DNA from: Oculatellaceae cyanobacterium bins.114
GTDB taxonomy: Bacteria; Cyanobacteriota; Cyanobacteriia; Elainellales; Elainellaceae
NCBI GenBank assembly: GCA_033764315.1
Contig: JANRJA010000213.1
Span: 1-11,021, forward strand
Direction of reading: 5' to 3'
Length of the DNA stretch: 11,021 nucleotides
Positions within the stretch are counted from its first letter, which is position 1; every line of letters begins with the position of its first letter. This document shows, piece by piece, positions 1 to 6,962 of the stretch. Under the pieces are notes generated by a model. The model was not told the DNA's origin. It did not search any database and saw only the letters and a program-made list of their open reading frames with translations. A program made the position numbers and the translations under genes.

Positions 1-1
1 A

Positions 2-676
2 AGTGCTGACTTAGAAATGGCTGTCGCCACCGCTGTCACCGCTCGCATGATCAACAATGGTCAGTCGTGTATTGCCGCTAAACGGTTTATTGTGCAGGAG
101 GCGATCGCCGATCAATTTACCCAAAAACTAGTCGCTCGGTACGCCGCCCTTAAGGTAGGCAATCCACTTGATCTCCAAACTGAGATTGGCCCTCTCGCTA
201 CTCCTGGCATTTTGAAAGACCTGCAACACCAGGTGCAAATGGCGGTCGAGCAAGGAGCCAAAGTTTTGATTGGCGGCAACACTCAAGCGATCGCCCCAAC
301 CATAGAAGGCGACCTGCAACAGGGTAATTTTTATCCACCCACAATTTTGGCGGAGATTGCAGCCGATGCTCCCATTGCTCAGGAAGAGTTTTTTGGCCCT
401 GTGGCGATGGTGTTTCGAGTACCTGACCTGAGTGCCGCGATCGCCCTGGCAAACAACGTTCCCTTTGGGTTAGGGGCAAGTGCGTGGACAGCAGTTCCTG
501 AAGAGGGCGATCGCCTGATAACTGAAATCGAGGCAGGTTCAGTCTTTATCAACAGCATGGTGAAGTCTGATCCGCGTTTGCCCTTTGGTGGCATCAAGCG
601 GTCTGGTTACGGCAGAGAGTTAGGCAGGCAGGGCATCTACGAGTTTGTCAATATCAAAACGATTTGGGTGAAGTAA
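2..676 (+). CDS. ssaD: NAD(P)-dependent succinate-semialdehyde dehydrogenase, 3' part (5'-truncated by the window edge)
   Basis: The frame is open from position 2 (SADLEMAV...), so ATG 17 is internal. Aldehyde dehydrogenase motifs: catalytic Cys in NNGQSCIAAKR, EEFFGPV, FGLGASAWT, PFGGIKRSGYGRELG. It lies directly upstream of a 2-oxoglutarate decarboxylase-like gene, as in the Synechococcus PCC 7002 ssaD-ogdA pair (also annotated gabD). Confidence 0.9.
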   Translation, partial: SADLEMAVATAVTARMINNGQSCIAAKRFIVQEAIADQFTQKLVARYAALKVGNPLDLQTEIGPLATPGILKDLQHQVQMAVEQGAKVLIGGNTQAIAPTIEGDLQQGNFYPPTILAEIAADAPIAQEEFFGPVAMVFRVPDLSAAIALANNVPFGLGASAWTAVPEEGDRLITEIEAGSVFINSMVKSDPRLPFGGIKRSGYGRELGRQGIYEFVNIKTIWVK

Positions 677-793
677 GCATCAGCGATCAACCAAGAGAGG
701 TGAGGAGTTCTTAAGGGCACTCTCTCATCACTCGTTATCGGCATCGCGAGATTGGTACGGCAATATTAAATCGCAAGGAAAGGTTAAAACCAT

Positions 794-2440
794 ATGACTG
801 ACATGAACACGGCTGAACTGTTGGTTCAATGCCTGGAGAATGAAGGAGTTGAGTACGTTTTTGGGTTGCCTGGTGAAGAAAACCTTCACGTTCTACAAGC
901 CTTGCGGCAATCCTCCATTCAATTCATCACGACCCGCCATGAACAAGGGGCAGCTTTCATGGCAGATGTCTACGGACGCTTGACTGGCAAAGCAGGCGTT
1001 TGTCTTTCAACCTTGGGGCCAGGAGCCACCAACTTAATGACGGGTGTTGCCGATGCCAACCTTGACTGTGCCCCACTGGTTGCTATCACTGGGCAGGTCG
1101 GCACCGATCGCATGCACATTGAGTCGCATCAATATCTTGATCTGGTGGCAATGTTTAGTCCGGTCACCAAGTGGAATACTCAAATCGTTCGCCCCAGCAA
1201 CACACCTGAAATTGTCCGCAAAGCCTTTAAACTGGCTCAGGTTGAGAAACCCGGTGCAGTTCACATTGACCTGCCCGAAAATATTGCTGCTATGCCCGTT
1301 GTCGGACAACCCTTAAGAACCGATGCACGAGAAAAGGTCTATGCCTCATTTCAAAGCATCGAGCGGGCGGCGATCGCCATCTCAAATGCAAAAAACCCTC
1401 TGATCCTGGTGGGCAATGGGGCGATTCGGGCACGAGCCAGTGAAGTCTTAACCGAGTTTGCCACTCGGCTCAACATTCCAGTTGCCAATACATTCATGGG
1501 CAAAGGGGTGATTCCCTACACCCATCCCTTAGCGTTATGGGCAGTCGGTCTACAACAACGCGATCACATTAGCTGCGGATTTGACAATACCGATTTGGTC
1601 ATCTGCATCGGTTATGACCTGATTGAATATTCACCTAAACGGTGGAACCCAGACGGCAAGACCCCAATTATTCACATTGATGCCACCCCCGCTGAGGTAG
1701 ACAGTAGCTACATTCCTCTAGCAGAGGTTTTAGGGGATATTTCAGACTCCCTAGAAGAGATTTTGAAACGGGCTGATCGCACCGGAAAGCCCAATCCCTA
1801 TGCAGTAGAACTACGAGCCGAGATTCGCGCCGACTATGAGGAATACGCTACGGATGATGGGTTTCCGATTAAGCCCCAAAAGTTGATCTATGACTTGCGG
1901 CAAGTAATGGGACCAGAAGACATCGTGATTTCTGATGTCGGTGCCCACAAAATGTGGATGGCGCGACACTATCACTGCGATCGCCCCAACACCTGCATCA
2001 TCTCTAATGGATTTGCGGCAATGGGGATCGCCATTCCTGGAGCGATCGCCGCTAAATTGGTTGCTCCCACTCGCAAAGTGGTAGCAGTCACGGGAGATGG
2101 CGGCTTTATGATGAATTCTCAAGAGCTAGAAACCGCACTGCGTATTGGCACCCCATTTGTCACCATCATCTTTAATGACGGTGGCTATGGGTTAATCGAA
2201 TGGAAACAACTCAATCAGTTTGGTGAGTCAGCGTTTATTCGCTTTAGCAACCCTGACTTTGTCAAATTTGCCGAAAGCATGGGGCTAAAAGGCTATCGGG
2301 TAGAATCCGCAACCGATCTGATTCCCACACTCAAAACGGCTTTGGCACAAGACGTTCCTGCTGTGATCGATTGCCCCGTTGATTACCGCGAAAACCTACG
2401 CTTTAGCAAACGAGCAGGCGATTTGAGCTGCGCCATTTAA
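794..2440 (+). CDS. ogdA: ThDP-dependent 2-oxoglutarate decarboxylase (acetolactate synthase large subunit-like family)
   Basis: 548 aa. ThDP-enzyme motifs FGLPGEEN, RHEQGAAFMA, GPGATN and GDGGF...NDGGYG. The N-terminus MNTAELLVQCLENEGVEYVFGLPGEENLH and HIESHQYLDL match the cyanobacterial OgdA/Sll1981 type as I recall it. Adjacent to ssaD. Purine-rich RBS AAGGAAAGG at 775-783; alternative start ATG 803. Confidence 0.88.
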   Translation: MTDMNTAELLVQCLENEGVEYVFGLPGEENLHVLQALRQSSIQFITTRHEQGAAFMADVYGRLTGKAGVCLSTLGPGATNLMTGVADANLDCAPLVAITGQVGTDRMHIESHQYLDLVAMFSPVTKWNTQIVRPSNTPEIVRKAFKLAQVEKPGAVHIDLPENIAAMPVVGQPLRTDAREKVYASFQSIERAAIAISNAKNPLILVGNGAIRARASEVLTEFATRLNIPVANTFMGKGVIPYTHPLALWAVGLQQRDHISCGFDNTDLVICIGYDLIEYSPKRWNPDGKTPIIHIDATPAEVDSSYIPLAEVLGDISDSLEEILKRADRTGKPNPYAVELRAEIRADYEEYATDDGFPIKPQKLIYDLRQVMGPEDIVISDVGAHKMWMARHYHCDRPNTCIISNGFAAMGIAIPGAIAAKLVAPTRKVVAVTGDGGFMMNSQELETALRIGTPFVTIIFNDGGYGLIEWKQLNQFGESAFIRFSNPDFVKFAESMGLKGYRVESATDLIPTLKTALAQDVPAVIDCPVDYRENLRFSKRAGDLSCAI

Positions 2441-2447
2441 AAGCAGC

Positions 2448-2574
2448 AAGAGAGAGTAGGAAGTAGAAAGGGAAGGGTGGATAAGTGGATAAGTGATGGG
2501 AGTATGCCCCAAAATTAGTGCTTTGGCATTTTGAATCCCTCACTCCCTCAATTCCCTTTTCGTTTTTCTCTCTT
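2448..2574. repeat. Long imperfect inverted repeat (purine arm / pyrimidine arm) between convergent genes; possible bidirectional terminator or mRNA stabiliser
   Basis: Nested complementary blocks: AAGAGAGA 2448-2455 / TCTCTCTT 2567-2574; AAAGGGAA 2467-2474 / TTCCCTTT 2552-2559; AGTGA(T)GGGA 2492-2501 / TCCCTCACT 2536-2544; ATGCC 2504-2508 / GGCAT 2525-2529. Tandem GTGGATAA x2 at 2477-2492. Confidence 0.6.
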
Positions 2575-2580
2575 CTTTTT

Positions 2581-3414
2581 TCATTCCTTCTTGTGCTCTG
2601 TTACCAGAGTCAAACTGCTCCAGGCTCCTTGGGCATCATAACTGCGAATCATCCGTTGTCGTCGCTGATCGCTCATCAGCCAACCTGCTTCCAGAAAAAA
2701 GGGTTTACCTCTGGGAATTGTGAGCGGTGTGTTAGCCGACGCCCCATCTGCCAACAGCAACACCTGACTGGGATAACTGCCCTGGTCAAACAACAGTGTT
2801 GAGCCGTTGATGGATGCTGTCGATGTCAATTGTAGATGGGGTGTTGTGAGGTGTTGGTGCAGGCGATCGCCTTCTTGCCCAAGCTCAAGTGTCGTTGTGT
2901 AGCGATCGGGCGATCGCCAATCTGGATAGAGAGTGACCGCCTCGCCCTGCCAAGTGCCAATTAACTGCTGCACGGTTAAGGGAGGACGCTCAATCAGGGT
3001 GCTGCCCTGAAGCCGTTCTCGAATTAGGGTCAAGCTTGATAGATCTCCCTTATCAAACAGTTCCACAAGGCGCAAACGGCGATCGCCCCCTAAAAAGCCC
3101 AACTCTGCCCCAAACTCGGAAACAGGGCTAAATTGCAGCGACCCCTGCGAAAAAGCCCCATCCTCAAACACCAATACACTACGGCTCAAACTGCTGTACT
3201 CTAATACTTTCTCGTGAGTCAGTTCCTGTGTGATAGGCGAATAGTATTGTAATGTTTGACGCACCGTTTGATTGTTATCCAATCCAGCAAGCGTGACCAC
3301 AGTTGGAATATCTTCAATCTCGTTTCCCTGAGGTGAAAGGCGGGTGAATGAACCCTGCCATGCCCCCAAATTGCGAAGCAGATTATCCCACTGTGACGAA
3401 CCACGGTTAGTCAT
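2581..3414 (-). CDS. DUF3598 family protein (tandem beta-barrel domains)
   Basis: SQWDNLLRNLGAWQGSFTR N-terminus, FEDGAFSQGS, EFGAELGF, LIGTWQGEAVTLYPDW and RRQRMIRSYD..G.W.SLTLVTE are typical of cyanobacterial DUF3598 proteins. ATG 3414 (MTNRGSSQW) is preferred over GTG 3453 because the family-like sequence begins at SQW. Confidence 0.8.
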   Translation of the reverse strand: MTNRGSSQWDNLLRNLGAWQGSFTRLSPQGNEIEDIPTVVTLAGLDNNQTVRQTLQYYSPITQELTHEKVLEYSSLSRSVLVFEDGAFSQGSLQFSPVSEFGAELGFLGGDRRLRLVELFDKGDLSSLTLIRERLQGSTLIERPPLTVQQLIGTWQGEAVTLYPDWRSPDRYTTTLELGQEGDRLHQHLTTPHLQLTSTASINGSTLLFDQGSYPSQVLLLADGASANTPLTIPRGKPFFLEAGWLMSDQRRQRMIRSYDAQGAWSSLTLVTEHKKE

Positions 3415-3507
3415 ACTGTCAAACTTTGAATCTATGTCTATTATTATCTTCACCAGGACAACTTCAAGCTAAAACAGAGTGGTGGTTGTGAGGAGATAGC
3501 TGAATTA

Positions 3508-4500
3508 ATGCGTAGTTTGTTTCGCAGTCGTTTGTTTCGTAACTCACTGTATTGCATGGGGATAGTTGGAGGGTTGCTCCTTGAGGGCAGCCCGATCGCG
3601 GCTCCACGGGCGATCGCCGCCCCTCCTCCAGTGAGTCAGGCTTCTATAGAAACTCAGCTCAAGCAATCTCAGGTGGGTCCCCAACTGCCTAGTTCAGTTT
3701 CCAGTCGAGTTCGCCGCGCATTGTCCCAGTTTCTGGCCGTTCCTCGTCGTGAAATCAGCGTTGTCAGCTACACGCAGCAAGTCTGGGCAGATAGTTGCCT
3801 GGGTTTGGGCACCCCCCAAGATCAGTGCCGACAAGAAACCATTCAAGGATGGCGAGTCGTAGTCAGCAACGGACAACGCAACTGGACATACCGCAGCGAT
3901 CGCAATGGTCGTCGCTTGCGATTAGAAGAACAAGGAAACAACCTGACCATCGTAAATTTGCCCGACAGCGTTTTCAATGCAGTGGTTCAAGATGCTCAGC
4001 GGCGATCGCAAAGCCCTGCGTCTAAAATTCGGCTCCTGTGGGCTGAAGAGCGCAACTGGTCTGATAGCTGTCTCGGTTTGTCTAACCCTGAGGTAGTTTG
4101 CACTGCCGTTTTTACACCGGGTTGGTTAATTGGGGTAGAGGTTGATCAACAAGTTTGGATTTATCGCACAGATAATGCGGGTGTCGTTGTTCGCCCTGAA
4201 GCCCAAACTAGCGATGTGGGTTTACCTGGCATCGTCTCTCAACTCGTGATGCAGGATGTCCGAACCCGCACCACTGATAGCGTTCGCATTATTCAATATG
4301 AACCCAGGGAATGGTCGAATGGGTGTTTGGGACTGCCCGAAGCCGGAGAATTTTGCAGTGAATCCCTCGTTTCGGGCTGGCGTGTCATAGTCGAAAGCAA
4401 TACAGGGCAACGCTGGGCATATCGCACTGACAGCAACGGTGGCACGGTTCGGTTAGAACGACCACGCCAACCCACCCCTCTACCACAACTCCCTCGCTAA
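3508..4500 (+). CDS. Secreted hypothetical protein with three tandem ~80-aa domains (W-x-D/N-S/G-C-L-G-L-x6-C ... GW ... W-x-Y-R-T/S-D-x2-G)
   Basis: 330 aa ORF, AGGAG at 3491-3495. Basic N-region, hydrophobic stretch and A-I-A cleavage-like site near aa 35-37. Repeats at aa 60-140, 151-231 and 239-317. Confidence 0.8.
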   Translation: MRSLFRSRLFRNSLYCMGIVGGLLLEGSPIAAPRAIAAPPPVSQASIETQLKQSQVGPQLPSSVSSRVRRALSQFLAVPRREISVVSYTQQVWADSCLGLGTPQDQCRQETIQGWRVVVSNGQRNWTYRSDRNGRRLRLEEQGNNLTIVNLPDSVFNAVVQDAQRRSQSPASKIRLLWAEERNWSDSCLGLSNPEVVCTAVFTPGWLIGVEVDQQVWIYRTDNAGVVVRPEAQTSDVGLPGIVSQLVMQDVRTRTTDSVRIIQYEPREWSNGCLGLPEAGEFCSESLVSGWRVIVESNTGQRWAYRTDSNGGTVRLERPRQPTPLPQLPR

Positions 4501-4503
4501 GAC

Positions 4504-4555
4504 CTTAACCTTTAGCCAACCTTAAAATTACCTATTCTCAATCTAAGAATTACCT
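4504..4555 (+). promoter_or_regulatory. Putative SphR (PhoB) Pho-box array: five 8-mers at 11-bp period
   Basis: CTTAACCT 4504-4511, GCCAACCT 4515-4522, AATTACCT 4526-4533, CTCAATCT 4537-4544, AATTACCT 4548-4555. The first unit equals the cyanobacterial Pho-box unit (PyTTAAPyPyT/A). A -10-like TAGGGT lies at 4575-4580. Confidence 0.6.
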
Positions 4556-4609
4556 TTCCTTTAGCTCGACGCTTTAGGGTTAAAAGCAGAACCTATCTCG
4601 GCTGTCTGT

Positions 4610-5248
4610 ATGCTTCACTCCTTTGCTCTAGACGCTGCTTCTCAACCTGACTTGCGTCAATTATTGGAAGATCTTTATCAGGGCAGAAGCTTATACCCGT
4701 TTTCTAGTGGTCAATCTATTGAGATGTTGCCCAATGAGATTTGGGTAGTTTGTCGAGGAGTCGTACAGTTGGGCACCTTGTATGACACAGGCGATGAGTC
4801 ACTGCTAGGGCTGGCGTGTTCTTCGATGCCTTTTGGCTTGCCGTTGACCCTGATTCGTCCTTATCAAGCGATCGCCCTATCTGATGTAGATTTGATGCGA
4901 CTCAGCATGGCCGAAGTTGAGCAGTCTCCCATGCTAGCACAGGGAATCTTTCGTCATCTGACTCGCCGTCTCCGCCAAACCGAAGCAGTGCTAGCGATGG
5001 TAGGCTATCGTCGAGTTGAAGAGCGACTACGGCATTTGTTACTCCTGTTGCAACAAGAAGTTGGCCATCCTGTGGCAGAGGGAACACGGTTAGGGGTTCG
5101 CTTGACCCATCAACAGTTAGCAAACGCCATCGGCACGACGCGCGTCACCGTGACTCGCTTGATTAACCAATTGCGCGAAGAGGGGTGGCTGCAAATTGAT
5201 CGCAATCGATATATCATCATCCCTGCCCACAGCAAAGTAGAGATTTAG
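4610..5248 (+). CDS. Crp/Fnr family transcriptional regulator (cyanobacterial CysR/PtrA-like type)
   Basis: 212 aa. N-terminal effector beta-roll (IWVVCRGVVQL, LLGL...PFG) and C-terminal HTH LTHQQLANAIGTTRVTVTRLINQLREEGWL. It lacks the CRP cAMP-binding GE motif (GL here). Confidence 0.88.
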   Translation: MLHSFALDAASQPDLRQLLEDLYQGRSLYPFSSGQSIEMLPNEIWVVCRGVVQLGTLYDTGDESLLGLACSSMPFGLPLTLIRPYQAIALSDVDLMRLSMAEVEQSPMLAQGIFRHLTRRLRQTEAVLAMVGYRRVEERLRHLLLLLQQEVGHPVAEGTRLGVRLTHQQLANAIGTTRVTVTRLINQLREEGWLQIDRNRYIIIPAHSKVEI

Positions 5249-5311
5249 CTCTTTCCTTGGGCATCCCAAACCTCACAAACCTCAAAATTACCTGAGAACC
5301 GCCGTGCCTGT

Positions 5312-6586
5312 TCAAGGCTGACGAGCAATCACTCCTGCACCAGGTTTCGACTCTGATTCACTCGGTGTCGCAACCCCAGGTTCCAAGACAATGGCTTCAT
5401 AGGGCACGACTCCAGTATGCTCACTGCCTAAGCAACGAGCAGCAAGGCGAGATAAATCTAGCGATCGCTGACCGACGTAGGGGCCACGGTCATTAACTCG
5501 CACGACTACTGTGTTGCCATTTCTCACATTGGTGACTTTGAGATAGGTATCAAACGGCAGGGAGGGATGAGCCGCCGTAAATTCGTTTTGGTCAAAGATT
5601 TCCCCTGCCGCTGTTAACCGACCATGAAAATAGGGCCCATACCAGGAGGCAGTGCCACTCAGGGTTTGACCTGTTTGAGCCAATCCATACATCTGGGTTT
5701 GGGCTTCTGCCAAACTGAGCGTCGGGGCCGCTAGCGCAGCCCTCAGATTGTTGATCCAATCAATAGCGATTAAATCACCATTGCGGTGCAGCGATCGCTC
5801 CAGGTCAGAGTTAATCGTAAACAGTACTTCACCGCCAGCCTTACCCAGATAAGCATTATCTGCGATCGCAAGCTTTAGACTAGTCGGTTCAAATTCAGGT
5901 TGCCGAAGCACTTGTTTCAAGCGTTGGGCTAGAGCATTTGCCTGAGCTTGAGAGGGTAACTCTGCAATAATTCGACCCTGAACCCGAACTTGAAAGACAG
6001 GCTCGGTTGAATTGAACCCTCTCGTTTGGGACGGCAGACACGACTGAATACTACTGCTATTCAAGGTTTCCGTAGGCTTTCCAGAGGGGCGAGGGGTGAC
6101 AATGACCGACGGCACAAGCGGCATCGCCTGCCCAATTTTTTGAGACCAGCGCGATAAGTTGGCAACCAACCGAGTAATTTGCCCCGATGTCTCCCCCGAT
6201 GAACCAACTAACGGAATGGTATTCATCAAGGGGGTGAAACGGGTTGGGTTGCCTCCAGCACTAGAAAAAGGGCGAGTCCAATCAAACCGTAAAGCCGTTC
6301 CTTCAGAAAATGGCAACCAGGAAAAGGGGTGGAGAAAAGACTGAATCAGCGGGATCTGAGTACGACTACTGCGACTGAGGGGCAAGGATGACAGATTTGA
6401 AACGAGAGACAAATCTGGAGTCGAGGTACTAGAGGTAGCCGCTGTATGTAAGCGTGTAGACGCTTGAACAGGTTGGGCTTTGCTTGAAAAAAACCTAACA
6501 ATCGATTCAGACGTTTTCAGGACAGTGTGGGAAGAGAAAAAACTGCTGACGTAAGAAGCAAGCCAGATCAGTCCAATAAAGTTCAT
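5312..6586 (-). CDS. rlpA: RlpA-family (septal ring lytic transglycosylase-like) DPBB-domain protein
   Basis: C-terminal DPBB domain GTASWYGPYFHGRLTAAGEIFDQNEFTAAHPSLPFDTYLKVTN...VVVRVNDRGPY...LDLS. Cyanobacterial middle domain (..LIAIDWINNLRAALAAP..). Long Ser/Pro-rich N-terminus, so the start codon is uncertain. No SPOR domain is visible. Confidence 0.85.
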   Translation of the reverse strand: MNFIGLIWLASYVSSFFSSHTVLKTSESIVRFFSSKAQPVQASTRLHTAATSSTSTPDLSLVSNLSSLPLSRSSRTQIPLIQSFLHPFSWLPFSEGTALRFDWTRPFSSAGGNPTRFTPLMNTIPLVGSSGETSGQITRLVANLSRWSQKIGQAMPLVPSVIVTPRPSGKPTETLNSSSIQSCLPSQTRGFNSTEPVFQVRVQGRIIAELPSQAQANALAQRLKQVLRQPEFEPTSLKLAIADNAYLGKAGGEVLFTINSDLERSLHRNGDLIAIDWINNLRAALAAPTLSLAEAQTQMYGLAQTGQTLSGTASWYGPYFHGRLTAAGEIFDQNEFTAAHPSLPFDTYLKVTNVRNGNTVVVRVNDRGPYVGQRSLDLSRLAARCLGSEHTGVVPYEAIVLEPGVATPSESESKPGAGVIARQP

Positions 6587-6630
6587 AAAGTGACAGATTT
6601 TGTTGTAGATGCGTTAAAAAAAATTCAACA

Positions 6631-6644
6631 GTATCCCATCATAC
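6631..6644. promoter_or_regulatory. Putative NtcA-type box GTA-N8-TAC
   Basis: aGTA-TCCCATCA-TACa in the rlpA/pentapeptide divergent spacer, with AT-rich flanks. It overlaps a minus-strand -10-like TATGAT (6643-6638). Confidence 0.4.
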
Positions 6645-6722
6645 AGATTTTAAAATCAGTTGTATCTTCTTTTAGAAAGATTACTTTCAACCACCCGTCC
6701 CACCTTAATTAATTTGGCTGTA

Positions 6723-6805
6723 GAATAAGCCCGCAAACTACGCAAAAATTTACCGGATTTCAGAATTTGACGATCGGGTTTTACGTAGCTTTGCGACCGG
6801 CATTC
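6723..6805 (+). other. Long stem-loop in a probable 5' leader or small RNA
   Basis: CGCAAA 6732-6737 / TTTGCG 6790-6795; CTACG 6738-6742 / CGTAG 6784-6788; AAAA/TTTT; inner CCG(G)AT/ATCGG; outer GCC/GGC and GAAT/ATTC. Confidence 0.45.
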
Positions 6806-6962
6806 CCCAGTCAATTGGCTAGGATGAGTGACCAGAGGGGCGATCGCTCCCTTAAAACTGGGCTTTTGGAACAAACCACATCTCTTCAAGTTCCAAACAC
6901 ATGCGCCCTCCATCAGTTTGCAAACACCCAACAGGTTTGCTGACAGCGTTAGGAGACTAAAC

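Noticed and set aside
695..733. Imperfect hairpin between ssaD and ogdA as a terminator
   Set aside because: The stem is bulged and has no U-tract; at most it is an intercistronic stabiliser.
794..2440. Calling the gene ilvB (acetolactate synthase)
   Set aside because: The sequence type and ssaD linkage fit OgdA, and no regulatory small subunit is adjacent.
2518..2802. 94-aa ORF with hydrophobic N-terminus, and the similar ORF 9860-10087
   Set aside because: The Phe/Leu/Ser runs come from pyrimidine tracts, and both ORFs run antisense into real genes.
3515..3539. Direct repeat GTTTGTTTCG x2 at 15-nt period
   Set aside because: It is a small duplication in the signal-peptide N-region (SLFRS/RLFRN) with no evidence of function.
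4524..5293. 10-bp direct repeat AAAATTACCT (4524-4533 and 5284-5293) flanking the crp-family gene as a target-site duplication
   Set aside because: No transposase or terminal inverted repeats are present, and the upstream copy is explained by the phased array. The downstream ACCT units are spaced 9 and 11 nt and lie in a convergent gap.
6723..6830. c-di-GMP-I or c-di-AMP (ydaO) riboswitch, suggested by GCAAAC/ACGCAAA words and the neighbouring cell-wall enzyme
   Set aside because: The GNRA-capped hairpin between GCAAAC and ACGCAAA is missing, and the ydaO GCUGAA and AGCUAAC blocks are not found on either strand.
6828..6962. N-terminal extension of the pentapeptide protein from GTG 6828, and the opposite ORF 6656-6964
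   Set aside because: A good RBS precedes ATG 6963, the extension has no family similarity, and the region reads as structured non-coding sequence.
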